Source: an uncultured virus (IMG/VR IMGVR_UViG_3300028372_000001) (lineage: Duplodnaviria > Heunggongvirae > Uroviricota > Caudoviricetes). Taken from it: a DNA stretch of 64,000 nucleotides. This document shows, piece after piece, positions 28,688 through 38,454 of this stretch (positions are counted from its first letter, which is position 1; every line of letters starts with the position of its first letter). Location of the stretch: IMG/VR virus record IMGVR_UViG_3300028372_000001. One strand, 5' to 3'. The translations under genes were made by a program, and so were the position numbers. The notes below the pieces were generated by a model, which had not been told where the DNA came from, searched no databases, and worked only from the letters and a program-made list of their open reading frames with translations.

Positions 28688-29131
28688 ATGGCAAAAGTCC
28701 CATTTACAGCAGGCAAAGATTTCAGCCAACTAGGAGTTATAGGTAAAGTGACAACCGTATCAACAATCGTTGCGAGTGTGGTAGGTGCATTTTTTACCGT
28801 GTGGCAAACCGTGGCCTTTGCATCTGAACGTACCGATCTATACGTTACTGAGATAGTTAAAGAGCAGACTCCATACGTCGTTGAAGTGGAGCTTAAAGGA
28901 TTTCAGCAACAACAACAAATATTCTACTATGGCAATCAAATGCAGATCATGAGTTTGGAGCTTCGATCTATTGAAAGTGAAATGAGTGCTATCACTCGTG
29001 GTAAAACTCCAACCCAACTTACAGCAGATGATGTATCTAGGCTAGAAACTCTACGTAGTGACCGTGATAGGATTAAATCACAAATCACTAACATTCGTAG
29101 TCAGCAACAACAACTCCAACAGCAAATGTAA
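28688..29131 (+). CDS. single-pass membrane protein with a coiled coil
   Basis: TM helix followed by a Q-rich coiled coil. Confidence 0.6.
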   Translation: MAKVPFTAGKDFSQLGVIGKVTTVSTIVASVVGAFFTVWQTVAFASERTDLYVTEIVKEQTPYVVEVELKGFQQQQQIFYYGNQMQIMSLELRSIESEMSAITRGKTPTQLTADDVSRLETLRSDRDRIKSQITNIRSQQQQLQQQM

Positions 29132-29136
29132 CTCTG

Positions 29137-30354
29137 TTAGTACTTTGCAATATACTGTAGTGTCGCAGCCAAGTCAGAATCCAAATTAAACGTTCTAGCT
29201 GCAATAGTGATGGTATCCGGCACGTCATTAATATCAAAGCCAAGTCCACGTTCGTTTAATGATACCGGTTCAGAAGTAGCACCATCACTTAATACAAAAG
29301 TTCCATCAACTCTAGTTCCCCCAGTAACGGTAGTAGAATCCTCATCATACTGAATAATATCAGTTTCACCTGTTTGCCAGTTTGTTCCGCCACCTAATGT
29401 GGCGTTATATAGTATTTGTACTTGTGCGGGTCTGTTGTCAATGTTTAGTATGGAAGCTTTGATAAATTCGGCTCCAGAGTTTAGGAAACTAGGTGATAGT
29501 CTGATAGAAAGTAGAGGCGTTAATGTTGTATCATCTACGTTTAGCGGCTCACTGTTCACTTCTGCCAACACTACACCTTGTTCTACTGAATTTCCCTCTG
29601 ATGCAACTGAAGATGCTTTCCAGTCCAATATACCACTCCCGCTAGCTGTTCCTGTATTTTCAATTTCCAACCTAATAGGAAGGGTGGAATTGCCAATATA
29701 ACCAAATCGTGATCCAGTATTGATACTCAATTCTTCTATGTGAGCATACATGGGTTGACCTTTCATCAAGAACCCATAGCGAATTAGGCCAGCACCATGC
29801 CAAGTGAAGTCTATAATCGCCACGAAACTATCTTCAAAGTTAATGTTTATTCCAGAAGGTCCATTTCCATCAAAAGAGTCTAAATTCCAATTAGATTGAG
29901 TAATAGTGTTGTTTACGGGAGAACCAGTAACACCACTCCTATATACAAATTGATAGTCTGTGCCAGAATCTTCAAAATACAGTCCATCGTTAGTATCAAA
30001 TAAACCAACACGGGCTCTACGATTTGAGTCTTGAGGTGGGAATGCAACCGCGTTAGAAATGAAACTAGATCGTGCTGGTTCGTAAATAAACCGGCGACGG
30101 GTTTGTCTATAAACATACTCACCCGATACAGTACCAACCGTTAAATCTAATGTACTGGTTGTTGCAGAGTCACTACTATCAATGCTTGCTCCTGCTCCAT
30201 TTATATCAGAAGACCAAAATATTGGATTGTCTCTATAGCCACGATCAGAAAACAGAGCTAACGGTGTTGACGTACGAAGTCTACCAAATGCATCATATGT
30301 TGAAATTTCAGGATCAGCTTTAATTGCAATTATATCACTAAGTAACTTACTCAT
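29137..30354 (-). CDS. putative virion structural protein (beta-rich)
   Basis: DAFGRLRTS...QTRRRFIYEP...WNLDSFDGNGPSG...IDFTWHGAG pattern seen in large-phage virion proteins. Confidence 0.6.
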   Translation of the reverse strand: MSKLLSDIIAIKADPEISTYDAFGRLRTSTPLALFSDRGYRDNPIFWSSDINGAGASIDSSDSATTSTLDLTVGTVSGEYVYRQTRRRFIYEPARSSFISNAVAFPPQDSNRRARVGLFDTNDGLYFEDSGTDYQFVYRSGVTGSPVNNTITQSNWNLDSFDGNGPSGININFEDSFVAIIDFTWHGAGLIRYGFLMKGQPMYAHIEELSINTGSRFGYIGNSTLPIRLEIENTGTASGSGILDWKASSVASEGNSVEQGVVLAEVNSEPLNVDDTTLTPLLSIRLSPSFLNSGAEFIKASILNIDNRPAQVQILYNATLGGGTNWQTGETDIIQYDEDSTTVTGGTRVDGTFVLSDGATSEPVSLNERGLGFDINDVPDTITIAARTFNLDSDLAATLQYIAKY

Positions 30355-30355
30355 T

Positions 30356-30874
30356 TTAGACAATACTCCATTCGTTGCCAGTCCATTGAACATCAATGGA
30401 AAAATCATTTATTTTCACGATAATTTCAGTTTCTCCACCTTCAATTGTGTCGGAGCCTGCGGTATTTATAGACACTTGATTACGACGAGCATTTGTTGTT
30501 TCATCTTTGATTGTAATTATTTGTCCTAATGAAACTGCTGACCCCAACGGTAACGTCAGTGTTATACTATTTGTTGTAGTATCCAAACCAATAAAAGTAT
30601 TGGCTGGGAGGATAGTGTAAGTAGCTGTAGTAACAGAAACTCTACTAAATGATACTAAAACTAGGAGTACCCAATCAGTTGCTCCGGTATCGTTTTTTTG
30701 GTATACTTCCGTGGTCCCGGTTCGTAAGTACAGAACTCCCACAGGGATTGAAACACCTAAAGTTATATCTGTTACCGAAGGATCATCGGCCCCTGCAAGG
30801 AAACCAGTATCTTCATTAAATGAAAGGCCCTCCCCGTTATCAGTTTGTCTATTCCATGGATAATTCAGCGGCAC
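30356..30874 (-). CDS. putative tail fibre/virion accessory protein
   Basis: ITLTLP...IITIKDE...DTIEG...W.GNEW repeat-type domain. Confidence 0.55.
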   Translation of the reverse strand: MPLNYPWNRQTDNGEGLSFNEDTGFLAGADDPSVTDITLGVSIPVGVLYLRTGTTEVYQKNDTGATDWVLLVLVSFSRVSVTTATYTILPANTFIGLDTTTNSITLTLPLGSAVSLGQIITIKDETTNARRNQVSINTAGSDTIEGGETEIIVKINDFSIDVQWTGNEWSIV

Positions 30875-30926
30875 ACTATTGCTCCTGATACATACTTGTG
30901 TTAGTATTTATGTCGGAGGCAAATCT

Positions 30927-31373
30927 ATGGAATATATCAAAAAGGATGTAACAACAGTAACACGAGGCGTCATAGCGCATGGCGTCAACTGTAAAGGTGT
31001 CATGGGTAGTGGAGTTGCAAAAGCCATTCGTGATAAATGGCCGCTAGTATACGATGAATATCGCAAATGGCAACCAGATGCCAAACTTCTAGGCCAGTGC
31101 CAATTCGTTCCAGTGAACCAAAACATTTGGGTGGCAAATTGTTTTACGCAGAACGCATATGGGCGCAACCCAAATGTGAAATACGCATCACCGCACGCTA
31201 TTGCCAATGCACTACAACGGGCTATGCAGTTCGCGTGTGAAAACGAATCACCATTCTACATGCCGCCAATTGGATGTGGTCTAGGTGGTCTTTCGTGGAA
31301 TCTAGATGTTCGTAACATCGTTGAAGAACTTGAGAGAAAATACCTAATAGAAGTATACATCTGTGATATTTAA
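30927..31373 (+). CDS. macrodomain (ADP-ribose binding/hydrolase), T4 Tk.4-like
   Basis: IAHGVNC.GVMGSGVAKAI, ANCFTQ, MPPIGCGLGG. Confidence 0.9.
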   Translation: MEYIKKDVTTVTRGVIAHGVNCKGVMGSGVAKAIRDKWPLVYDEYRKWQPDAKLLGQCQFVPVNQNIWVANCFTQNAYGRNPNVKYASPHAIANALQRAMQFACENESPFYMPPIGCGLGGLSWNLDVRNIVEELERKYLIEVYICDI

Positions 31374-31374
31374 C

Positions 31375-31382
31375 TATAAATA
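31375..31382 (+). promoter_or_regulatory. T4-type late promoter TATAAATA
   Basis: Exact motif; also at 47414(+), 32663(-), 42026(-), 44485(-), with TAAATA variants before many virion-type genes. Confidence 0.6.
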
Positions 31383-31418
31383 GTTTTAACTCAGCTAAAT
31401 AAACGGGAGTTAGAAGCT

Positions 31419-31607
31419 ATGAATAACAAACTGATTAATGAAAACCCAACAGTAAAATACCGCGTCGTGCTGGAAGGGACAGTGCTAAAAGAAGCACCGT
31501 CTCAAATGCTCGCAGAGCAATTCATCATGACGCTATCAGAAGAGCAGCGTGCGAAAGCACAAGTTCTTCCAATTACTGAGGGTGGCCACCAAGTTCTATT
31601 TGGATAA
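31419..31607 (+). CDS. hypothetical protein
   Basis: GGGAG SD. Confidence 0.65.
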   Translation: MNNKLINENPTVKYRVVLEGTVLKEAPSQMLAEQFIMTLSEEQRAKAQVLPITEGGHQVLFG

Positions 31608-31618
31608 AGGAATAAAGA

Positions 31619-31783
31619 ATGAACGATATGGAACGCGCAGAAATCTATGTAGAAGTTTCGGAGCTACTTGACAGCATCGAAGAAGTGTTCGAAAATAACG
31701 ATGTTGACGTTGAAACAGACGAAGCCTTTGCAGAAATTGATGACCTTCTTCAACGTATTCGCTCTGTCGTAACCGAGGAATAA
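31619..31783 (+). CDS. 54-aa very acidic protein (not in ORF track)
   Basis: AAGGA SD; MNDMERAEIYVEVSELLDSIEEVFENNDVDVETDEAFAEIDDLLQRIRSVVTEE*. Confidence 0.7.
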   Translation: MNDMERAEIYVEVSELLDSIEEVFENNDVDVETDEAFAEIDDLLQRIRSVVTEE

Positions 31784-31786
31784 ATT

Positions 31787-32185
31787 ATGTATAATGGATA
31801 TGAGCTTGAACAAGGATCGCGTGAGAAACTTCGCACTTTGTTTCCTCCGAAGTATCCGCAGTTTCTAGGTCACCATATTACTGAGAAATTTGGTGTTAAG
31901 TCGGATAATGTTCCGCCACAGCCAAACACAGTTAAAGTTGTCGGTTACATTGATAACGGGAAAGATGTGGAAGGTTTCTTGGTCGAAATTGACGGCACAA
32001 CCGATAGGCCAGATGGTTCTAAGTATCACATCACATGGTCAATTGATCGTGGTAAGGGTGCCAAACCCTTCCATATGAAAAACCATATAAATGATGCAAC
32101 GCCATTGAAGAGACCGGTTGAAATTGATGTAGATGCAAAGTTCTTTGATAAACCAACTGATGCATATGTGAAAACGGGGCGTTAA
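31787..32185 (+). CDS. 2H-phosphoesterase family protein
   Basis: Two HxT motifs (HHIT, YHIT). Confidence 0.7.
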   Translation: MYNGYELEQGSREKLRTLFPPKYPQFLGHHITEKFGVKSDNVPPQPNTVKVVGYIDNGKDVEGFLVEIDGTTDRPDGSKYHITWSIDRGKGAKPFHMKNHINDATPLKRPVEIDVDAKFFDKPTDAYVKTGR

Positions 32186-32196
32186 GCCCCGTTTTT
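32171..32196. terminator. bidirectional intrinsic terminator
   Basis: aaaacggggc-gttaa-gccccgttttt between convergent genes. Confidence 0.8.
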
Positions 32197-32214
32197 CGTT
32201 ATACCATAGGTCTA

Positions 32215-32640
32215 TTATTTATTACCAAGCTTAGCTTTTTCTGCTGGAGTAATCTCTTTGTTGGTGTCCTGTGGATGCACAAGTCTTACAGAGTAACGAT
32301 ATCCACCATATTCATTATCTAGCCTATCAGCACGGGACGTTGCACGTTTACGGCTAGAATACGGCTTGCCTACCCATGTTTTTGCCTTACGATCCCAAAT
32401 TCTGAAGGGTCCTTCTGATGCTTCACTAACCTTATGCTCGCTCACATAAGAATACACATGCGCTTTGGCTAATGGAATTGCTGTTGCGTCTGAATCAGCC
32501 GCACCCTTACCACGCTCATATGCAGCAGTGAGAGCCGTTTTAGATATCCCAGAACTCTTGTAGACCTTATTGATAAACTCGGCCTTCTCGTCCTCAGACA
32601 ACATATTCGATACAACCGATTCTAGTAAACTCTTAGACAT
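32215..32640 (-). CDS. putative internal virion protein
   Basis: MSKSLLE/S leader; TATAAATA upstream. Confidence 0.55.
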   Translation of the reverse strand: MSKSLLESVVSNMLSEDEKAEFINKVYKSSGISKTALTAAYERGKGAADSDATAIPLAKAHVYSYVSEHKVSEASEGPFRIWDRKAKTWVGKPYSSRKRATSRADRLDNEYGGYRYSVRLVHPQDTNKEITPAEKAKLGNK

Positions 32641-32703
32641 TGAAAAACTCCTTGACTACCAGTATTTATAATTGATAGCCAAGGAGTTCTTCATATTCTA
32701 CGA

Positions 32704-34413
32704 TTACTCGTACTTGGTGAGGTCGTAGAACTTGCACGTCTTCGGAATGTTCTCCTTAGAGTGCCCCGGAGTCATGATCCAGTGCCAGTTCTCAGGCTTA
32801 TCCGGTACAATGTCCGAACCGTAACCATCGGTCACGACGAAGATAGCGTCCGGGTACTTGAAGTCCGGGTTGTCCCGAAGTTCTTCCTGCACTCTGTTCT
32901 CCAGAATGTGGAAGTACGTACCACCGAAGCCGTAAAGCTCACGAGACTCAAGGCTCGTCTCATAAACTCGCGTATCGAAGCAGAACAACCGCATTCTGAA
33001 ACGATCCTGCGGCATCGACTCCGCGATGTTGAAGAAGCGGTCAGTGTAGCCAGAGCAGGAACCAGAGGTATCCTGAAAGAACCACACGTCGATCATATCT
33101 TCTTCCTTAAACTTCTCCCACACTTCATACTCTGACGGCAGCATGAGGTCGCTGTTGTTGATGACGCTTGCGAAGCGACGATTCGGGAACACGAACTGAT
33201 CCACGTCACGGCTAGTTTCAGTGATCCGCTTCTTGGTCCAGTCAGTGATGATAGCTTCCCACTTACGCTTCTTCACTTCCATCTTCTTGGCGTAGGTCCA
33301 ACCAGTACCAGCTGTTGTACCAGCTTCCTTGGAACCACCACGACCACCACCACCGGTCACACCAGTCGGGCCATGGTCCGGGTTCTCTTTCGGCTCGTCA
33401 CTGTTCTCGTTCTCTTCGAGGAAGTTTTTGAGCGTTTCTTTCTCTTCGCCCGTCAATTCCTCGTTGAGCTTGTCGATCACAGGCTCGAAGTCGTCGGTCA
33501 AGTCAGGATCAGTGCCCGGATCGAAGTAGTTGAAATCGTGATGATCAAGGTCAATGTCGCCACCACCCTTCTGATTATCACCTTCATCCTTACCTTCACC
33601 TTCTTCTTTCTCTTCTTCCTTGCCTTCATCTTCACCTTCACCTTCTTCTTTCTCTTCCTCTTCCGAAGGCTGACCACCATTCGGCTGCGAGTTACCCGGC
33701 GTCGGAGTGCTACCGTCTTGGTTCTTCTGCGGCGCACCACCCTTTGCCTGCTGACCCTTCTCGTGATCATCCACCGTCTGCATCTGATCAAGAATCTTTT
33801 GCATTTCGTCCATGTTCTTCTGGAATTCACGCCAGATACGGTTGAAATAGTACTCGAAGTTCTCGTCATCACGGACGTTATCTTCCGGCTTGAAAATTTG
33901 ATCTACCCAGCAGTACTTACGGGCAATAATCGAATTACCGTTCTTGTCCTTGACCTCGTTACCATCACCATCCGTGATCAGGGTGAGTGCATCGATTTCA
34001 TCGCGGTCATAACCATACTTGTTGATAAGAGCGTGATTAATAACCAAGTCCTGTGCGATGTTGGCGATCTGTGCCTTGACCGGGTGCTTGAAGTGCTCAA
34101 TGGAACGGGCACCGTGGTTCAACGCAATGTGAAGGCATTCGTGAGAAATAACAAAGCACTTCTGTTTGAAGGTCAGCTTTTCCCAGAATTCCTTGTTTAC
34201 TGCGAAGTCAACCAGTTCACCCTTACGGTTGAAGAACACAGCAGCGGTCGGCACTTTCTTAGTGTACCGAATGCGGCTCATGGACCACACACGCTCAAAG
34301 ATAGCGTGATGTTTCTCCAGTTCGCGTGCGATCAGACGATGTTCCGTCGGATCAATATAGTTGCGCTCACGAATCTTCTGAAGAGTGTTGTTAGCTTTAC
34401 TCATAATGCCCAT
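32704..34413 (-). CDS. HExxH metallopeptidase-like plus vWA domain protein (DUF2201-like)
   Basis: HECLH, ANIAQDLVIN, acidic linker, MIDAS DTSGS, VVTDGY. Confidence 0.85.
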   Translation of the reverse strand: MGIMSKANNTLQKIRERNYIDPTEHRLIARELEKHHAIFERVWSMSRIRYTKKVPTAAVFFNRKGELVDFAVNKEFWEKLTFKQKCFVISHECLHIALNHGARSIEHFKHPVKAQIANIAQDLVINHALINKYGYDRDEIDALTLITDGDGNEVKDKNGNSIIARKYCWVDQIFKPEDNVRDDENFEYYFNRIWREFQKNMDEMQKILDQMQTVDDHEKGQQAKGGAPQKNQDGSTPTPGNSQPNGGQPSEEEEKEEGEGEDEGKEEEKEEGEGKDEGDNQKGGGDIDLDHHDFNYFDPGTDPDLTDDFEPVIDKLNEELTGEEKETLKNFLEENENSDEPKENPDHGPTGVTGGGGRGGSKEAGTTAGTGWTYAKKMEVKKRKWEAIITDWTKKRITETSRDVDQFVFPNRRFASVINNSDLMLPSEYEVWEKFKEEDMIDVWFFQDTSGSCSGYTDRFFNIAESMPQDRFRMRLFCFDTRVYETSLESRELYGFGGTYFHILENRVQEELRDNPDFKYPDAIFVVTDGYGSDIVPDKPENWHWIMTPGHSKENIPKTCKFYDLTKYE

Positions 34414-34479
34414 ATGTATTGGTCCTTTAGCGAGTAGTTGGGACTATTATCACACAGTCCACGTATATGTGCAACACTA

Positions 34480-34618
34480 TTGACAACCGCCCGTCGGCTA
34501 CGTATAGTGCCCCCCAAGTCGAGGGCGAACAGTACGCCATATAGATGTACGAGTCAACCACTCGACCAAATGATGCCCGAAGAACGGTATTGACCTAGCA
34601 ATCTAGCTAGTCTATAGT
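34480..34618 (+). promoter_or_regulatory. two tandem sigma70 promoters
   Basis: TTGACA-17-TATAGT (34480-34508) and TTGACC-17-TATAGT (34590-34618). Confidence 0.7.
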
Positions 34619-34647
34619 TCGCTCACTGACGCTTAGGAGGCCAGATT

Positions 34648-36060
34648 ATGTCATTTGATCAGAACAAACTCGATTTCTTCATCGCACAGGAAGTGAACGT
34701 GCTCTTTAAGGGCAAACACGGTGTGGGTAAAACCGCTATGGTCAAGGAAGCCTTTGAACGGCACAACCTTGATTGGCGCTATTACTCTGCTGCAACTATG
34801 GACCCGTGGGTGGATTTCATCGGCATCCCCAAGGAGAAAGAGAACGAGCACGGTGATGGTGGTTCGTACATCGAGCTTGTTCTGCCGAAGGGTCTGCATG
34901 AAGTCGAAGCTCTCTTCTTGGACGAGCTTAACCGCGCTCCGAAGAAGGTGCGTAACGCAGTGATGGAGCTTATCCAGTTCCGTTCCATCAACGGTACGCC
35001 GTTCCCGAACCTCAAGTTCATCTGGGCAGCAATCAACCCGGACGACGAGGAAATGGCAGATTCCAGCTACGATGTAGAAGCACTTGACCCGGCCCAGAAG
35101 GACCGCTTCGAAGTCATCGTGGATATCCCGTACACGCCGGTTCGTGCGTTCTTCGAGCGTCGCTATGGTGAGGCTGGTGTTGGTGCCATCGAATGGTGGA
35201 AGGGTCTCACGACCGAAGCACAGGACCTTGTGTCCCCGCGCCGTCTTGAGTACTCCATCAAGTACTACAACGCTGGTGGCGACCTCCGTGACGTTTTGCC
35301 GAACGATCAACTCAACCTGACGCAGCTTCGTCAGCGTTTGGGTAGCGGTTCGATCAAGAAGCGTCTGGAAGAACTGCGTGATACCGTCGATGAAGAAGCA
35401 CGCCGATTGGCATTCAGCAACATGAACTTCGTGACGGATGCAGTTCCGCACATCATGAAGAAGGACGAATACATCAGTGCCTTCATTTCGTACCTCCCGC
35501 GTGACGTGGTGTCCAACCTCATCACCGACAAGGACGGCGCACAGGCTGACCGGATCATCAGCCTCGCACCGGGAGACGCAATTTCTCCGATTCTGGCATC
35601 GCTGGTGGTAGGTACTACGCTCAAGCGTTCCACTCTCCAGAAGATCACGGAGAGCGCCGAGGCGAACAACCTCGACCTGTCCTCCGAGGATGCACATCGT
35701 GCAGCCGTTGAGGAAGGACTGCGGACTGCAAACGACACCCAGAGTGACCGTTACTCTGCGTTGCACGCAATCCAGTCGAACTACAACAAGTCGGCATCGC
35801 TGGAAGTGTACGAAATGACTCTGGAACTCGTGACCAAGATCATCTACCACACGACTGACAAGGGTCTGAAGGATACCAAGAAGCCGTTCAGCCAGCTTTC
35901 GCGCTACATTCTTGGAATGCTGGGAGATTCTTTCGCCACTTACGACACCGACGTTATGTCGAAGTGGAAGGAGCGACAGGGTGTATGGTTCTCTAACACT
36001 GATAAGAGTCGTCTGGATCGTATCGGGAGCTACTTGGAAGAATTTCTCAAGAAGAAGTAA
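34648..36060 (+). CDS. MoxR-like AAA+ ATPase, copy 1
   Basis: GKHGVGKT, LFLDELNRA, AAINP, LDPAQKDRF, VSPRR. Confidence 0.9.
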   Translation: MSFDQNKLDFFIAQEVNVLFKGKHGVGKTAMVKEAFERHNLDWRYYSAATMDPWVDFIGIPKEKENEHGDGGSYIELVLPKGLHEVEALFLDELNRAPKKVRNAVMELIQFRSINGTPFPNLKFIWAAINPDDEEMADSSYDVEALDPAQKDRFEVIVDIPYTPVRAFFERRYGEAGVGAIEWWKGLTTEAQDLVSPRRLEYSIKYYNAGGDLRDVLPNDQLNLTQLRQRLGSGSIKKRLEELRDTVDEEARRLAFSNMNFVTDAVPHIMKKDEYISAFISYLPRDVVSNLITDKDGAQADRIISLAPGDAISPILASLVVGTTLKRSTLQKITESAEANNLDLSSEDAHRAAVEEGLRTANDTQSDRYSALHAIQSNYNKSASLEVYEMTLELVTKIIYHTTDKGLKDTKKPFSQLSRYILGMLGDSFATYDTDVMSKWKERQGVWFSNTDKSRLDRIGSYLEEFLKKK

Positions 36061-36078
36061 GATTTCTTCTTAGGAAGT

Positions 36079-36121
36079 TTGACACAAAAGTGTGGGGGTG
36101 TTAAAATGCCCCCACACTTTT
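36079..36121 (+). terminator. 13-bp hairpin terminator overlapping a sigma70 promoter
   Basis: aaaagtgtggggg/cccccacactttt; TTGACA-17-TAAAAT with the -10 box in the loop. Confidence 0.65.
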
Positions 36122-36140
36122 ACCATTATAGGAGTAAGAC

Positions 36141-37649
36141 ATGGCAGTAAACAACGCAGACCTTGATTTGTGGATTGAAAACGATTGGAATGTCCTCTTT
36201 CAAGGCAAACATGGTGTAGGTAAAACAGCAACCGTGATCGAGGCATTTAAATGACACGATTTGAACTGGCGCTATTACTCGGCGGCTACGATGGACCCGT
36301 GGGTTGACTTCATTGGTATCCCGAAAGAACAGGAGGAAGCTGATGGTTCAAGCTACATTGCACTTGTGCAGCCGAAGGGATTGCATCAGGTTGAAGCGTT
36401 GTTCATGGACGAGCTTAACCGTGCACCCAAGAAGGTTCGTAACGCTGTCATGGAGCTTATCCAGTTCAAGTCGATCAACGGTATTCCTTTCCCGAATCTT
36501 CGATTTATCTGGGCAGCGGTAAACCCGGACGATGAAGAAGATGCCGATACGAGCTATGATGTAGAAGCACTTGACCCGGCCCAGAAGGACCGATTCCAGA
36601 TTGTCATTGACATTCCGTACAAGCCCAGTGCCCCGTACTTTCAGCAGAAGTATGGTACAGCTGGTGAAGGTGCGGTCGAATGGTGGAATAAGCTGGATGC
36701 TGCCGCTAAGGAATTGGTATCGCCGCGCCGTCTGGAGTACGCAATCAAGGTTCATGCTGCCGGTGGTTCTCTTCGTCACGTTCTACGTGGTCCGAACATT
36801 AACCCGACCAGCCTCTCGAATTTGATGGAAATCGGTTCAATCAAGAAGCGTCTCCGTGAATTGACGACGGCTACGGATGAAACCTGTGCAGCGGCGTTCA
36901 ATGATATCAACTTCGTGACGAATTCAAAAAAGTCGATCTTGTCAAATGCTGGTTATATCAAGGCTTTTGCACAACACATGCCGAAAGATATTATTTCGGA
37001 GACACTTGTAAAGCAAGACAAAAACTCTGTCTTGCTGGCAGATAATGCTCCGGCTGAAGTTGTCGATCCAGTTTTGTTGTCCTTGCTCGAATCTATGACC
37101 AAGAACCAGCAGAAGAAGTTCGCGAAAACGTTTGGTCATCGTAAGATTGTGAGTGATAATTTGGATGGAAGCGTCAAGCCTGTGGTTGCGGGTTCGTTTG
37201 AAGAAGTAACAGACAAAGCTATCAGTATTCTCACTAAGAACGGTTCACATAACACTACGCATTATCGTAAGAAAGCACTTGAAATGGTTCGTGATCGATA
37301 CCGTCAAGCAGCTTATGATAATGATAATATTGTAATAGATGATGCCATTCGCGTGGCAATACTCCTTGCAGAAGTAGTGAAGCGATCACAGGTACATACG
37401 GTTGAACCATTTCCCAACCTCAACTATGCTCCGTCTATGACGTACATGGGTGATATTGTTGATGAGTTGGAACAAATCATCAGCACTATTGCTTCAAGTG
37501 TGGGTAAAACCGCAAATGATGTTGCGACTATGGCCGAAGCCGATATTAGATCGGCTGCATCGAAGCGTGTTTACACTCGTGCTCGTAGAGTAAATTGGAG
37601 TCAGTTAGGTTTCGATAAGGTGTATGCTCGCTTCAGTTGGTGGTATTGA
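36141..37649 (+). pseudogene. MoxR-like AAA+ ATPase, copy 2, with in-frame TGA at 36252-36254
   Basis: AGGAG SD and ATG at 36141; GKHGVGKT precedes the stop; the frame continues to 37649. Confidence 0.8.
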
Positions 37650-37651
37650 AA

Positions 37652-37999
37652 CTACTTCTCGTAGCGGACAAGCCACTCGTAAACGTCTTCACCCGGTTCC
37701 ATTTCTAGATCAGCAATGTCTAGGTTTGGATCGGAGCGATAGCGATACCTACTGAACAAAGCCGGGAAGGATACCTTGAGTACCTTCTCGGCGTTTGTGG
37801 TTCCATCCACACCATAATCTTTCACGTATAGCTGTACCCCTTCTAGAACATCGATAAGCATTTCTACCTGCTCATCTGTCATGTCTTCCAGTTCAGGTTC
37901 ATATTGGGCTACATATTTTAAAAGGTCCACCGGGTCACCGGGAATGGTACGGAATTTCTCTTCTTCCATACGCTTGAAGTAGGATTCTAGTAGTTTCAT
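37652..37999 (-). CDS. putative internal virion protein
   Basis: MKLLE/S leader; TAAATA upstream. Confidence 0.55.
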   Translation of the reverse strand: MKLLESYFKRMEEEKFRTIPGDPVDLLKYVAQYEPELEDMTDEQVEMLIDVLEGVQLYVKDYGVDGTTNAEKVLKVSFPALFSRYRYRSDPNLDIADLEMEPGEDVYEWLVRYEK

Positions 38000-38064
38000 G
38001 ATTTACCTCTTGATATACTTCTATTTATCGATTAAGGTAGCTGCAACTTCACAGGAGAACTCAC

Positions 38065-38376
38065 ATGATTTACATGCGTGATCTGCTAGACCGTAATGAT
38101 TTCAGTGAAACCGAAAAAGTAGAACTGCTCACTTTTGCCGAAGAAGAAGTGCGATGGATGGTGGATGAAAGCGACGCTTCCACGGCAGACATTTACATGA
38201 CGCTATGGGCGCTTGGGAAAATTGCCGAAGCTGGGGTCGAACTTCCTCATCAAACGGTAGACAGGGCTGTTCGATTTGCCCAAGACAATGTTGAGGCAAA
38301 AGCATTTAATGATCCTAAAAAGCCTTTTGCTCAATTTAAAGAATACTTCGTTGAAAAATATGGTCTGAGCGTGTAA
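38065..38376 (+). CDS. hypothetical protein, weakly similar to the C-terminal domain of AAA copy 1
   Basis: AGGAG SD; DPKKPFAQF versus DTKKPFSQL. Confidence 0.6.
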   Translation: MIYMRDLLDRNDFSETEKVELLTFAEEEVRWMVDESDASTADIYMTLWALGKIAEAGVELPHQTVDRAVRFAQDNVEAKAFNDPKKPFAQFKEYFVEKYGLSV

Positions 38377-38454
38377 ATATTTCTGTAAGTAGTTGACAAC
38401 CACGGGCTCTTAAGGCATCATATGTTTTTGGTAATGGCTTAAAGAAAAGCGAAA

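Noticed and set aside
36252..36254. Genome-wide TGA recoding
   Set aside because: Recognisable genes (lysS, folA, acb1, the HNH gene) and the tmRNA tag end at TGA at the expected positions
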